Sequence record: SRR22947725_5541
Strand: one strand, 5' to 3'
DNA length: 56,283 nt
In this document: in pieces, positions 39,094 through 49,801 of the stretch
Numbering within the stretch: position 1 is the first letter of the stretch
Layout of the letters: each line of letters starts with the position of its first letter
Notes under the pieces: generated by a model
What the model saw: the letters and a program-made list of their open reading frames with translations, nothing else
What the model was told of the DNA's origin: nothing
Databases searched by the model: none
Translations under genes and position numbers: made by a program

Positions 39094-39762
39094 ATGTCGG
39101 ACGTTTTTCCAAAATGGACGAATAAACTGCCTATCCGCGTTATCGTCGGACTCATCCTTCTGGGGGGAGCAACGGTGGTTGGCTTGACCTATTATGCGAC
39201 ACCTAAATACACGCGGGTGGGTTACCAACCCGTCCAACCCGTGGCTTTTTCGCATGCCATCCATGCAGATCAGCTTGGTCTCGACTGCCGTTATTGTCAC
39301 AACGGAGTGGAATCCTCCTGGTTCAGCAACGTTCCTGCAGCCTCGGTTTGTATGAATTGTCACAATCAGGTCAAAAAGGACGATCCTAAACTGGCCATGG
39401 TCAGAGAGAGCTACGACTCGGGTGAGCCCATCCCTTGGGTGCAGATACATAAAGTTCCAGACTATGTTTATTTCAACCATTCGGTGCACGTGAATCGCGG
39501 ATTTTCCTGCGTTGAATGCCACGGCCCTGTCAACAAAATGGATGAGGTATATCATGCGAAACCATTCGGTATGAGTTTTTGTCTCGAATGCCACCGAAAT
39601 CCTGCTGCCAAAATCCGGCCTCTGGACAAGATTACCGACTTGGATTGGAAATGGGATGAGGATCCCCAGAAGGCTTCCGAATTACAACAAACCCATGGAG
39701 ACCAAATGGTCCATGATTGGAAAGTTGAATCCCTTGTAAACTGTTCTGCGTGTCATCGATGA
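39094..39762 (+). CDS. actA: Alternative complex III subunit ActA (pentaheme cytochrome c)
   Basis: N-terminal TM helix, QPVQPVAFSH..H, and five CxxCH motifs (CRYCH, CMNCH, CVECH, CLECH, CSACH). Confidence 0.93.
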   Translation: MSDVFPKWTNKLPIRVIVGLILLGGATVVGLTYYATPKYTRVGYQPVQPVAFSHAIHADQLGLDCRYCHNGVESSWFSNVPAASVCMNCHNQVKKDDPKLAMVRESYDSGEPIPWVQIHKVPDYVYFNHSVHVNRGFSCVECHGPVNKMDEVYHAKPFGMSFCLECHRNPAAKIRPLDKITDLDWKWDEDPQKASELQQTHGDQMVHDWKVESLVNCSACHR

Positions 39763-42700
39763 AAGACCTAACGTATTCCCCAAAAACATCTGGACCTGCT
39801 TACTGGCGCAGTCTGGACGAGCTGACGGAGACTCCTGAGTTTCGTCAATGGGTGGAAAAAGAATTCCCCGAAAGCACTTTGGAAGCTCCCAGTGGTCAGT
39901 CTCGTCGCGATTTCGTCAAAATCATGGGAGCCTCTTTTCTTCTTGGAGGGATGGGCCTGACGGGTTGTCGGCGTCCGGAGGAAACGATTGTGCCGTTTTC
40001 CAAGATGCCTCAAAATTACGTGCACGGTGTGCCGCAATATTTTGCAACTTCCATGCCCACACGTGACTCCGCCGTACCTTTATTGGCCAAGTCCAGCGAT
40101 GGGAGGCCTACCAAAGTTGAAGGCAATCCCGATCTGTCATTTGGCAAGGGAGGCACGGATGCTTTCGCGCAAGCTTCATTGCTGAATCTCTACGATCCGG
40201 ATCGCTCCAAAAAATTTCTCAAAGAAGGGAACGCCTCGAGCCGTTCAGCTGCCCTCGGTGGGTTGAAAGCTATCAGTGGCAAGTTTCAAGGAAACAAGGG
40301 AAAAGGACTTCATTTCCTTGTCCAGCCGACAAGCTCGCCTTCTCGTAATCGTCTTGAAATGATGATTCGCGAACAACTCCCTGAAGCCAAATGGCACGGA
40401 CATGAGCCGGTTGATTTCAGAAATGCTTCCAAGGCTTCCGTGAAGTCTTTCGGAAAGGCATTGCGCCCAATGCCTCATTTCGACAAAGCCAAGGTGATCT
40501 TCTCCCTGGACAATGACTTCCTTGGAGCTGAGCAGGAATCTTATTCCCACATACGTGGTTATGCTGATGGTCGTCGATTGAAAGAGACAGAGGATCATCA
40601 TTCAACGATGAATCGACTTTACGCAGTCGAAAGCCTAATGACACTGACTGGCTCAAATGCTGACCATCGTCTGCGAGTCACTTCTGGTCAGGTTTTCAGC
40701 GTTGCAGCTGCAATGGTCGAAGAAATTTTCAATCAGATCGGAAATAGTGATGACGATGCAGGCAGTCCCATCACCGCCTTGCGAAGTTCGCTTCGTGAAA
40801 AAGCCAAAGCAGTTGCTGTCGATCCCAAATGGATCACGGAATCGGTGAAAGATCTGGTTGCTCACCAAGGCGAATGTCTCGTAGTTGCTGGATACCGCCA
40901 GCCTGAATCTGTTCACCAGCTGGCCACTGCACTCAACGTTCTGCTCGGTAACCTCGGGGAAACAGTGTCTTATGTCTCGGATAACTCTATCTCCTACGAC
41001 TCTCTCGAGGCGTTAAAGGGGGAATGTGATGCGGGTAGTGTGGACACACTCGTTGTTTTAGGTGGAAATCCAGTTTATGACGCCCCTGCTGACTTCGATT
41101 GGAAAATCACTCAGCGCAAGGCCAAAACTGTGGTGCGTCTGGGTTATTACGACGATGAAACTTCCGATGGTTGTGACTGGCACTTGCCAATGGCTCATTA
41201 TCTCGAGTCCTGGGGTGATGCGCGGTCAGGTGATGGAAGCTACCTCCCCGTCCAGCCATTAATGGCTCCTCTTTTCGATGGTCTGACTGATCTGGAGGTA
41301 ATTGCCCGTATTGCTGGCAATGATGAAATCAAGCCTTACGATATCGTCAGAACAACCCTCAGAGGAGTTGTAGGGGAAGCTGGTTTTGAAGGTCAATGGA
41401 AACAGTTTCTGCATGATGGTTATCTGGAATCTCTCAAGCCAGAAAATGTGGATATAAAAGCGGACACTTTCGATTGGTCAGCTGTGACTCGTGAAGTGAG
41501 TCAGGCGATCACCGAAGCAGATCAATCCTCAGCGGCATCCAAAGATTCTCTCGAAGTCGTCTTTCACCGTGATTCCAGCATGGATGACGGCCGTTTCAAC
41601 AACAACGGTTGGATGCAGGAGATGCCCGATCCAATGACCAAGATTACTTGGGATAATGTGGTGTTGATGAGCCGACGTACTGCGGCCGAGCTGGGGGGGA
41701 TCAAGAACAAGGAGATGGTAGAAATCGTCCTTGACGGTCGCAAAGTTCAGGGGCCTGTCTGGATCCAGCCTGGTTTTGCAGATTTTTCTCTGGGGCTTGC
41801 CCTCGGTTATGGGCGTACTCACAGCGGTCGTGTTGGTGGGATCGAATCTGAATCGGTCGGCTTCAACGCGTATGCCATCCGTGCATCCAAAAACAGCAAC
41901 TTTGGAACTGGGGCCAAGCTCAACCGCTTGAACCGTATCTTCGATATTTCATGCACTCAGGACCATTGGTCGATGGAAGGACGTGCGATTGTTCGTGAGG
42001 CAAACCTCGAGCAATTTGAAGAAAAACATGATTTTGCCCAGAACATGGATCTGGAGGCGCATACAAGCCATATCCCTCACGATGATGAAGGGAATCCAGC
42101 AGAAATCTACGAGCATCCATACAAGGCCCGCCCCTCCACGAGCAGCGACATTCATCAGTGGGGAATGGCTATCGATCTGCAGACCTGCGTGGGTTGTTCT
42201 TCCTGTGTGGTTGCTTGCCAGAGCGAAAACAACATTCCAATTGTTGGCAAGGAGCAAGTAGCCAACAGTCGTGAAATGCACTGGATGCGTATTGACAGGT
42301 ATTACAGCGGTAATCCTGAAACACGCGGTAATGCAAGCAATCTGATCATGGATGATGAGCAGCCTTATCAGGAATGGATTGATGATCCTCAAGTCGTCAA
42401 TCAACCGATGATTTGTCAGCACTGCGAAAGTGCTCCTTGCGAAAGTGTTTGCCCAGTGAATGCGACGGTTCATGATCACGAAGGACTCAATGTCATGGCT
42501 TACAACCGTTGTGTCGGAACCCGCTATTGCTCCAATAACTGTGCATGGAAAGTGCGTCGTTTTAACTATTTTGACTACAACAAGCGTCCCATCGACCAGC
42601 TTTATGAAGGACCGCTTGCCTCTCGGCCTGAAGAGGACATCGATCTCATAGAAATGGCCAAAAACCCTGATGTCACTGTTCGCATGCGTGGCGTCATGGA

Positions 42701-43127
42701 AAAATGCACCTTTTGTACTCAGCGTATTGAGCAAGCCAAAATTGCCAAAAAGGTTGCTGCCAGAGATTCAGGAGACATTGAAGTGCCTGACGGGACCATC
42801 AAAACCGCCTGCCAACAGGCTTGTCCGGCAGATGCGATTGCATTCGGTAATTTACTAGACCCTGAAAGCAAGGTATCCAAACTCAAGAAGAGCCCGCGTA
42901 ACTACGCCGTACTTGGATTTCTGGATACCAGGCCACGCACGACTTATCTGGCAAAGATTCGTAATCCGAACAAAAACATGCCCGACTATCATACCATGCC
43001 ATTGAGCACTTTGGAGTATACAGAGAACATGGGAAGTCCGTTTGAGGAACATGGCTCATCCCACGGAGGGGAAGCCCACGAGAGTGGACATGCGGTTGAA
43101 ACTCACTCAGAAGGAGGGCAACACTGA
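39759..43127 (+). CDS. actB: Alternative complex III subunit ActB (Tat-exported molybdopterin-oxidoreductase-like domain plus Fe-S domain)
   Basis: YWRSLDEL, Tat motif SRRDFVK, lipobox LTGC, four C-terminal Fe-S motifs including [11 protein letters not shown], and [16 protein letters not shown] overlap with actA. Confidence 0.94.
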   Translation: MKDLTYSPKTSGPAYWRSLDELTETPEFRQWVEKEFPESTLEAPSGQSRRDFVKIMGASFLLGGMGLTGCRRPEETIVPFSKMPQNYVHGVPQYFATSMPTRDSAVPLLAKSSDGRPTKVEGNPDLSFGKGGTDAFAQASLLNLYDPDRSKKFLKEGNASSRSAALGGLKAISGKFQGNKGKGLHFLVQPTSSPSRNRLEMMIREQLPEAKWHGHEPVDFRNASKASVKSFGKALRPMPHFDKAKVIFSLDNDFLGAEQESYSHIRGYADGRRLKETEDHHSTMNRLYAVESLMTLTGSNADHRLRVTSGQVFSVAAAMVEEIFNQIGNSDDDAGSPITALRSSLREKAKAVAVDPKWITESVKDLVAHQGECLVVAGYRQPESVHQLATALNVLLGNLGETVSYVSDNSISYDSLEALKGECDAGSVDTLVVLGGNPVYDAPADFDWKITQRKAKTVVRLGYYDDETSDGCDWHLPMAHYLESWGDARSGDGSYLPVQPLMAPLFDGLTDLEVIARIAGNDEIKPYDIVRTTLRGVVGEAGFEGQWKQFLHDGYLESLKPENVDIKADTFDWSAVTREVSQAITEADQSSAASKDSLEVVFHRDSSMDDGRFNNNGWMQEMPDPMTKITWDNVVLMSRRTAAELGGIKNKEMVEIVLDGRKVQGPVWIQPGFADFSLGLALGYGRTHSGRVGGIESESVGFNAYAIRASKNSNFGTGAKLNRLNRIFDISCTQDHWSMEGRAIVREANLEQFEEKHDFAQNMDLEAHTSHIPHDDEGNPAEIYEHPYKARPSTSSDIHQWGMAIDLQTCVGCSSCVVACQSENNIPIVGKEQVANSREMHWMRIDRYYSGNPETRGNASNLIMDDEQPYQEWIDDPQVVNQPMICQHCESAPCESVCPVNATVHDHEGLNVMAYNRCVGTRYCSNNCAWKVRRFNYFDYNKRPIDQLYEGPLASRPEEDIDLIEMAKNPDVTVRMRGVMEKCTFCTQRIEQAKIAKKVAARDSGDIEVPDGTIKTACQQACPADAIAFGNLLDPESKVSKLKKSPRNYAVLGFLDTRPRTTYLAKIRNPNKNMPDYHTMPLSTLEYTENMGSPFEEHGSSHGGEAHESGHAVETHSEGGQH

Positions 43128-44554
43128 TGTCATCGCCTGGCACACATCATTCAGTTGAAATTGCACCTCCGCCTCGAGAAATCGAGCGCGAACCATTGGT
43201 CCTGAACAATCGGTCCCTCGCTTGGATCTCTGACCAAATCGCCGGTATCATTGAAGGTAAAACACCAAGGTGGTGGTGGGTGATGATGGCCTGCAGTCTC
43301 CCATTGATGCTCATGTGCTTTGCCATGATCGGGTATCTGATCTCTACAGGTGTCGGAGTCTGGGGTTTGAACCATCCGATCGCATGGGGCTGGGCCATTG
43401 TGAATTTCGTGTTCTGGATTGGTATTGGTCATGCTGGAACTTTGATTTCAGCGGTACTTTTTCTATTGAGGCAGAAATGGAGGACATCGATCAACAGGGC
43501 AGCTGAGGCGATGACAATTTTTGCAGTGATGTGTGCGGGGATTTTTCCAGGCATCCACGTGGGACGTATCTGGTTTGCCTGGTGGTTGTTTCCTCTCCCA
43601 AACGCAAATGGACCCATATGGCCGCAGTTTAGATCTCCTCTCTTGTGGGACGTATTCGCGGTATCCACTTATTTCACCGTCTCATTTCTCTTCTGGTATA
43701 TGGGATTGATTCCTGATTTAGCAACCATCCGAGACCGTTGCAAAGGGTTCATTCGAAAATTCGCCTACGGTTTATTCTCATTAGGATGGACAGGATCCAA
43801 CCGTCATTGGAGCAATTATGAAAAGGCTTATCTCCTTTTGGCTGGCCTATCCACACCGCTCGTTTTGTCGGTGCACAGTATCGTTTCATTTGATTTCGCG
43901 GTATCGCAGTTGCCGGGTTGGCACACTACTATCTTCCCGCCTTATTTCGTGGCGGGAGCCATTTTCTCAGGTTTCGGTATGGTGCTGACTTTAATGATTC
44001 CCTTGCGTTCGATTTTCAAGCTAGAAGACTTGCTGACGATCCGACACATCGAATTGATGTGTAAGGTGACCTTAGCCACCGGCACCATTGTAGGATACGC
44101 CTATGGCATGGAATTTTTCATTGCCTGGTATGGCGGTAACCCTTACGAAGCTTATGCTTTCCAGAATCGTGCCTTCGGCCCTTACTGGTGGGCTTATTGG
44201 ATCATGATTTCGTGCAATGTGATCACCCCTCAGTTTTTCTGGTTCAAGAAACTGCGAACGAACGTTGTGGTCGTTTGGGTGTTATCCATTTTTGTGAATA
44301 TTGGCATGTGGTTTGAGCGGTTTGTGATTGTTGTCACTTCGCTGCACCGAGACTACCTGCCGGCTAACTGGGGATATTATTCTCCAACCAAAGTAGATGT
44401 GTTGACCTTCATCGGTACATTTGGATTGTTCATGGTTCTGTTTCTCTTGTTCATCAGATTCCTGCCATTGATCGCCATTTCTGAAGTGAAGGGAGTCACC
44501 AATCAGGCAGATCCACATCATCCGCTGGGTGGTGCGAAAGGAGGTCACCACTAA
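43127..44554 (+). CDS. actC: Alternative complex III subunit ActC (NrfD family, quinol-binding)
   Basis: [42 protein letters not shown] and [12 protein letters not shown]. Confidence 0.95.
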   Translation: MSSPGTHHSVEIAPPPREIEREPLVLNNRSLAWISDQIAGIIEGKTPRWWWVMMACSLPLMLMCFAMIGYLISTGVGVWGLNHPIAWGWAIVNFVFWIGIGHAGTLISAVLFLLRQKWRTSINRAAEAMTIFAVMCAGIFPGIHVGRIWFAWWLFPLPNANGPIWPQFRSPLLWDVFAVSTYFTVSFLFWYMGLIPDLATIRDRCKGFIRKFAYGLFSLGWTGSNRHWSNYEKAYLLLAGLSTPLVLSVHSIVSFDFAVSQLPGWHTTIFPPYFVAGAIFSGFGMVLTLMIPLRSIFKLEDLLTIRHIELMCKVTLATGTIVGYAYGMEFFIAWYGGNPYEAYAFQNRAFGPYWWAYWIMISCNVITPQFFWFKKLRTNVVVVWVLSIFVNIGMWFERFVIVVTSLHRDYLPANWGYYSPTKVDVLTFIGTFGLFMVLFLLFIRFLPLIAISEVKGVTNQADPHHPLGGAKGGHH

Positions 44555-45093
44555 TGAGTGATAATTCTCAAGCATACGGCCTTTTGGCTGAATTTACGAC
44601 GCCTGCGGATGCCATGCATGCCGCGGAGAAAATCAGGGATGCTGGGTATTCTCGATGGGATGTTCACACTCCATTTCCCATTCATGGAATGGATGATGCG
44701 ATGGGGCTAAAAGACTCCAAAGTGGGTTGGTTCTCTTTCTGTGGTGGAGCGACAGGTTTCACCGCAGGTTACTTAATGGTTTGGTTCATGAATAGCGTCA
44801 ACTACCCAATCGTTGTGGGAGGTAAGCCACTGTTTAGTCCAATGTTTCCCTTTCCGGTTGTCTATGAAATGACCATTCTACTCTCCGCTTTTGGAGCGTT
44901 GTTTGGAATGTTAATTCTGAATCGGTTGCCTAAACTACATCATCCTTTGCTAAAGAACCGTCGTTTCAAGGGGGCGACCCATGACAAATTTTACGTGATT
45001 ATTGAAACGTCGGATCCCCGTTACATCGAATCGGAGACACGCGAACTGCTTGAATCGACTGGCTGTAAACACATGGAAATGGTGGAGGACTGA
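44554..45093 (+). CDS. actD: Alternative complex III subunit ActD (DUF3341)
   Basis: LAEF, TPFPIHGMDDAMG, VGGKP and YEMTIL. Confidence 0.92.
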   Translation: MSDNSQAYGLLAEFTTPADAMHAAEKIRDAGYSRWDVHTPFPIHGMDDAMGLKDSKVGWFSFCGGATGFTAGYLMVWFMNSVNYPIVVGGKPLFSPMFPFPVVYEMTILLSAFGALFGMLILNRLPKLHHPLLKNRRFKGATHDKFYVIIETSDPRYIESETRELLESTGCKHMEMVED

Positions 45094-45094
45094 G

Positions 45095-45709
45095 ATGCGA
45101 TATTTTATAACCCTTTACATATTATTAATCGTGGCCTTCGTAGGTGTGGCCGGATTTCGTGGCACCATTTCACGTAAACCTCCCATCGAGGTGTTCCCGG
45201 ACATGGATCGGCAAATGAAGTTGCGTCCGCAGGAGCCAAATCGTTTCTTTGGGAACCGAAGAAGCTCTCAACCATTCGTACCAGGCACGATTGCTCGTGG
45301 AATGCCTTACAAGGATATCCCTCTGAACACAGGTCGAATAACAGGTTCAACCAACTGGGTTGAAATCAGCCCGGTTGAAATTACTGAAGCTGTCATGGAG
45401 CGTGGACACCAGCGCTACGATATTTATTGCACACCCTGTCATGGTGCGGCTGGTGATGGCAAGGGGATCACTGGCAAATATGGGATGGTAGCCGTGGCCA
45501 ATTTTCACGATCCGCGTCTGGTATCCATGACCGATGGGGAAATATTCAATACCATTACCCACGGTAAGAATCTGATGGGCCCTTATGGTGCCAATATCAA
45601 AATCGAAGATCGTTGGTCTATCATCGCTTATCTTCGTGCGCTCCAGCGCAGTCGGTTGTCCACAATGGACGATGTGCCCGAACCACAAAAAGCAGCTCTT
45701 CAAAATTAA
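45095..45709 (+). CDS. actE: Alternative complex III subunit ActE (monoheme cytochrome c)
   Basis: PDMDRQ, GTIARG, CTPCHG, IFNTITHG..LMGPY and DRW.IIAY.RALQ. ATG at 45095. Confidence 0.9.
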   Translation: MRYFITLYILLIVAFVGVAGFRGTISRKPPIEVFPDMDRQMKLRPQEPNRFFGNRRSSQPFVPGTIARGMPYKDIPLNTGRITGSTNWVEISPVEITEAVMERGHQRYDIYCTPCHGAAGDGKGITGKYGMVAVANFHDPRLVSMTDGEIFNTITHGKNLMGPYGANIKIEDRWSIIAYLRALQRSRLSTMDDVPEPQKAALQN

Positions 45710-45715
45710 CGACCT

Positions 45716-46963
45716 ATGAGTTCTGAAACATCCAATGCATCTGAACCCAAGCTGGATCTGGCCAAATGGGCCAAGCTTCCAAACCAACTTATGTTGGGTG
45801 GTGGCATCTTATTGTTGATCGGTTTCCTGTTTCCTGGTTGGCGCGATCAGTTTTACTATAGCTATCTGACCGGTTTCATGTGCTTTTTGAGCCTGACGCT
45901 TGGGTCACTATTTCTGGTTCTCCTGCACCATTTGTTTGATGCCTACTGGTTGGTGCCTGTTCGCAGGTTTCTCGAACATATTGCATGTCTTGCACCCACG
46001 ATGGGATTTTTGTTTCTACCCATCCTGATTTTCTCATCACAAATATATCCATGGATGTCGATTGATCCGAATATTGATCATGCCTTGCATGTAAAAGTGG
46101 CACTCTTCAACAAGAAGGCCTTCTGGATCACCTCAATCGTGCTGTTTGTTATTTGGACGTGGTTGAGCAAAAGTTTACGCAAGCATTCATTGGCCCAAGA
46201 TGAAACGGGGGCAGCTACGCATACACATTCACTGCGCAAATTGGCGGCACCAGGGGTAATCATTTTTGCCTTCACACTCACACTTGGTGTCATTTTCTGG
46301 ATGAAATCGCTGGAGCATCAGTGGTTCTCTACCATGTATGGTGTCTATTACTTTGCCGGCAGCGTCTGGTTGACCCTGGCCACAACTTACTTGCTCACCG
46401 CCATCCTGCAGCGAACAGGGCATCTCGCTCCTGTCGTCACAGACAATACCTACAAAGACATCGGGACATTGTTTTTTGCTTTCACTGTCTTTTATGCCTA
46501 TATCCATTTTTCTCAGTATTTCTTGATATGGAATGCAGCTATTCCCGAAGAAACTTTCTGGTACGTCAAACGTGAGAATGGTATTTGGGAGAGCATCGGT
46601 TATCTGATCATTTTCGGACATTTCTTTGTTCCTTTCCTGGCGATGCTTCGCATAGACGTTAAGAAATCGCTCATCATCATGGGGCCACTTGCCATCTGGG
46701 CCTGGTTGATGCACTACGCAGACATGACTTACAACATCAAACCAGTGCTGGACCCAGAAGGCGGTAGCATCACTCTGAGTGGATTTGTCCAAAGTATTGC
46801 AGCCTTGGCTTTCATGGGCGGTGTTTTATCCAAAGGCTTTTTAAAATCATTTATCAGTCATCCTCCTTTCCCTCAGAAGGACCCTCGCATCGCTGAGGCC
46901 ATGGGAGTTTATGTAGAATTGGAATCCGAGGCGGCTAATAAGACTAAATCTGCGGACGCATGA
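45716..46963 (+). CDS. actF: Alternative complex III subunit ActF
   Basis: Polytopic membrane protein with VRRFLE, WMKSLE..WFSTMYG, Y.HFSQYFLIW and PEET.WY..R. Confidence 0.9.
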   Translation: MSSETSNASEPKLDLAKWAKLPNQLMLGGGILLLIGFLFPGWRDQFYYSYLTGFMCFLSLTLGSLFLVLLHHLFDAYWLVPVRRFLEHIACLAPTMGFLFLPILIFSSQIYPWMSIDPNIDHALHVKVALFNKKAFWITSIVLFVIWTWLSKSLRKHSLAQDETGAATHTHSLRKLAAPGVIIFAFTLTLGVIFWMKSLEHQWFSTMYGVYYFAGSVWLTLATTYLLTAILQRTGHLAPVVTDNTYKDIGTLFFAFTVFYAYIHFSQYFLIWNAAIPEETFWYVKRENGIWESIGYLIIFGHFFVPFLAMLRIDVKKSLIIMGPLAIWAWLMHYADMTYNIKPVLDPEGGSITLSGFVQSIAALAFMGGVLSKGFLKSFISHPPFPQKDPRIAEAMGVYVELESEAANKTKSADA

Positions 46964-47003
46964 TTTTCATAGGATGACACAAATCCAGAATATTTCCTGA
47001 TTA

Positions 47004-47390
47004 ATGAGAACAAGCATCAGTAATAAACAGAATATGCGAGGCGTTGCCTTCGTTTATTTCGTGGGGATCATGGCCACGTTTTTCATCATGGCCTTTCTTA
47101 TTTGGGTGACCAAGGAATTCACAGAGCCCAGAGCAATCGCTGCAAATCGCGCGAATGAGCGTGCAGAAAATTTGCAAACTGTCAACGAAGCAGTAGCTCC
47201 CTTGTTGAATGAATACGGTTGGCAAGATCAGGAAAAAGGTTTTGTAAGGGTGCCCATCAAACGCGCGATGGAACTCACGGTGAAAGAGTGGCAAAATCCT
47301 GCCAAAGCCAGATTGGAGTTAATATCCAGAATGGAAAAGGCAACTGCGCTCCCACCACCGCCACCCGAAGAACCCAGTGCTTTTGAATAA
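47004..47390 (+). CDS. Small single-TM protein following actF (ActG-like)
   Basis: One TM helix and the motif LNEYGWQD..KGFVRVPIKRAMEL, which I recognise from small proteins downstream of actF. Alternative start at 47034. Confidence 0.65.
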   Translation: MRTSISNKQNMRGVAFVYFVGIMATFFIMAFLIWVTKEFTEPRAIAANRANERAENLQTVNEAVAPLLNEYGWQDQEKGFVRVPIKRAMELTVKEWQNPAKARLELISRMEKATALPPPPPEEPSAFE

Positions 47391-47438
47391 TAAGCCGGTC
47401 AATATTAAATCAATGACGTTGCTGAACAAGTAAACGGT

Positions 47439-48911
47439 ATGGACGTTACTCAATCATCTAAATCACCATCTGACTGGACGGAAATCGATTCATCTTATCG
47501 TTTTCCAACACTCTTCCTTGCATCTAAAGCAGTAGGTTGGCTTTTGTTAGGAAGTATTTTTTCTCTCATTGCATCCATTAAGATGCACTCACCAAGTTTT
47601 CTGGCAAGCTGCCCATGGGTAACCTACGGGGTCATGATTCCGGCTGCCTTGAACGCGGTCGTTTATGGATTTGCTCTTCAAGGTGCATTTGCCGCCTTAC
47701 TCTGGATCACCATGCGATTGGGGCAAGTCAAGTTGGTTGGGCCTGGTTACCTTTTCATTGGATCCGCGCTTTGGAACGTCGGTGTACTTCTGGGGGTCAT
47801 CGGTATCATGGCAGGGCATAGTTCGGGCCACACTTATCTGGAAATGCCCGGGTTCGTTTCGCCCATCTTATTTGCTGCCTACACGCTCATTGGAGGAATG
47901 GCGCTGGTGACCTTTCACAAACGACAAGTCCGCGAGCTTTACCCATCCCAGTGGTTTATTTTTGCCGCCCTCTATTGGTTTCCATGGATATTGACTGCTG
48001 GCAGTTACTTGCTCGTTATCTCCCCTGTCAGGGGAGTGACTCAAATGATCATTGGTGGTTGGTATGCATCCGGATTGAATGTCATCGTACTCGGTTTTGT
48101 CGGCATTGCCATCATTCAATACATGTTGCCCAAGTTAACCAAGCGCGACTTACACAATGGTTATCTTTCATTGTTTTCCTTCTGGATCATTATGCTTTTT
48201 GGTGGATTCACTGGTCTGTTTCCCGGTCAATCACTTCCATCCTGGGTGGGATCGCTCAGCGCTGTATGCAGTGTCTTCGTTGCATTTGCCTGGTTGGTTC
48301 TCGCCTACAACATCTATCGAACCATTGGAGGCGCTTCCGGTAAATCGGGTGGTCTTTCCTACAAATTCATTTATTTCTCCGCTGCTGCGGGGCTGCTATC
48401 CGCCGTGTTGACCGCCTGGGCTTCCCGAGCCTCTGCTGCAGATGTCGTTCAGTTTACTTTATTCCTTCCTGGCCTGAAATGGTTGCATCTTTACGGGTTT
48501 GTTGGAATGGGATTACTCGGGTGCATTCACTATTTTCTTCCAAAAGTTACCGGAACCGAATGGTCGAGACCGGGGCAATGGACTGCTATTTTCTGGACTT
48601 ATGCCATTGGGACAAGTGGGGTGGCAATCGCCTTTCTGGTTGGGGGATGGAAGCACGGTAAAGGTTTAATTGACCCAGAAACTCCTTTCATGGACGTGGT
48701 CCGTGAAGGTATTGCCCCTTTCGTGCGAATCAGCACCGTCGGTGAATTGCTAGTTTTCGTAGCAGCCGCCTTACTCTGCTGGAACGTCATAACCTTGTTT
48801 TGTAGAACCTACTGCTCCTGCTTTTGTTTGGGAGGCCTTTCACAGGACAAGGCTGGAACTTCCAGTGAAACAAAGAAATCTCAACCCAAAAAAAGTTCGA
48901 AAAACAAATAA
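47439..48911 (+). CDS. cbb3-type oxidase subunit I (CcoN) homolog apparently lacking heme/CuB histidine ligands
   Basis: About 12 TM helices with CcoN-like landmarks (TYG..P...NA..YGF, YLE, LY.S.W, WY, Y.LPK, SFW, LP.W, FT, YGF, Y.LP). It is followed by a ccoO-like gene. Confidence 0.82.
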   Translation: MDVTQSSKSPSDWTEIDSSYRFPTLFLASKAVGWLLLGSIFSLIASIKMHSPSFLASCPWVTYGVMIPAALNAVVYGFALQGAFAALLWITMRLGQVKLVGPGYLFIGSALWNVGVLLGVIGIMAGHSSGHTYLEMPGFVSPILFAAYTLIGGMALVTFHKRQVRELYPSQWFIFAALYWFPWILTAGSYLLVISPVRGVTQMIIGGWYASGLNVIVLGFVGIAIIQYMLPKLTKRDLHNGYLSLFSFWIIMLFGGFTGLFPGQSLPSWVGSLSAVCSVFVAFAWLVLAYNIYRTIGGASGKSGGLSYKFIYFSAAAGLLSAVLTAWASRASAADVVQFTLFLPGLKWLHLYGFVGMGLLGCIHYFLPKVTGTEWSRPGQWTAIFWTYAIGTSGVAIAFLVGGWKHGKGLIDPETPFMDVVREGIAPFVRISTVGELLVFVAAALLCWNVITLFCRTYCSCFCLGGLSQDKAGTSSETKKSQPKKSSKNK

Positions 48912-49801
48912 TGAATCAGGGCCCCTTACTTTTTTTAAGCGTGCTTTGCGCCATGGCTGCCTCTTGGATGGGCTTCGTGCTGATGCCTCAGGTTCAGCTC
49001 GGTAACCAGTCCACACGACTCGTCAAAGAAATTGGCAGGCATTATCCTGCTGAGCGTGGAGGCATAGCGGTTAAAGGTCACGATGTTTACCGCGCTGCGG
49101 GCTGTGTGTCTTGTCACACCCAACAGGTCCGACAAACCGGTTTCATCTTCGATATCGTGTTGACTGATGCTGGCGATTTCACCGACTTGGTTACCTCACT
49201 CGTTCAACAAGCCAATGGTGATCTGTCCGATCAACAGGCCGCAGATATTGTTGCTAATGCACCGAAGACAATCCTGGAGGGTGTGTCGAAACAAACGGTG
49301 GACAGTATCGCTTTTTTGTTCAAAGACAGCGGTGGCAAAGTTGCTGCGAACATCCGACCCATTGGACCGGATATTGATCGTGGATGGGGACCTCGCCAGA
49401 CCGTTGGACTGGATTATTTGTTTGATGAACCCGTATTAATGGGCAGCCAACGTATTGGTCCTGATCTGGCAGATGTTGGCTCTCGTCTGGCAGATAGAAA
49501 TTGGCATTTACTGCATCTTTACCACCCTCGCACGGTTGTTGAAAAGTCGATCATGCCCGCTTATCCCTATCTATTTGAAACACGTGAAATCGGCGATTCA
49601 CCTTCTCCAGACGCCTTGGCGCTGAAAGGTGAGTTTGCCCCTGAAGAGGGCATGGAAGTAATACCCACCTCGGAAGCAAACGCTTTGGTTGAATACCTGC
49701 TTAGCCTCCGAATCTTTCACCCCGTTTTTGAAGCCCCCTACATATTTACCCAAGCTGAACCCAGTGAAAACATCGATTCGGAAATGGAGCCGGCTGAATG
49801 A
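48911..49801 (+). CDS. cbb3-type subunit II (CcoO/FixO)-like monoheme cytochrome with a ~70-aa insertion
   Basis: TM anchor, GHDVY...GCVSCHTQQVR, GSQRIGPDLA, WHLLHLYHPR, SIMPAY (axial Met) and ALVEYLLSL. TAATG overlap with the upstream gene. Confidence 0.88.
   Translation: MNQGPLLFLSVLCAMAASWMGFVLMPQVQLGNQSTRLVKEIGRHYPAERGGIAVKGHDVYRAAGCVSCHTQQVRQTGFIFDIVLTDAGDFTDLVTSLVQQANGDLSDQQAADIVANAPKTILEGVSKQTVDSIAFLFKDSGGKVAANIRPIGPDIDRGWGPRQTVGLDYLFDEPVLMGSQRIGPDLADVGSRLADRNWHLLHLYHPRTVVEKSIMPAYPYLFETREIGDSPSPDALALKGEFAPEEGMEVIPTSEANALVEYLLSLRIFHPVFEAPYIFTQAEPSENIDSEMEPAE

Noticed and set aside
41949-42734. 261-aa antisense ORF, and the many other shadow ORFs in the track
   Set aside because: Antisense to strongly supported genes (here actB), with no motifs.
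43040-43127. His-rich C-terminal tail of ActB as a novel metal site
   Set aside because: Low-complexity His/Gly/Glu tails are, from recall, common on ActB and other ACIII subunits.
47439-48911. Calling this a functional cbb3 oxidase (ccoN) or a pseudogene
   Set aside because: The metal ligands appear absent, so it is not a normal oxidase. The ORF is full length with no stops or frameshifts and is coupled to the next gene, so it is not a pseudogene.
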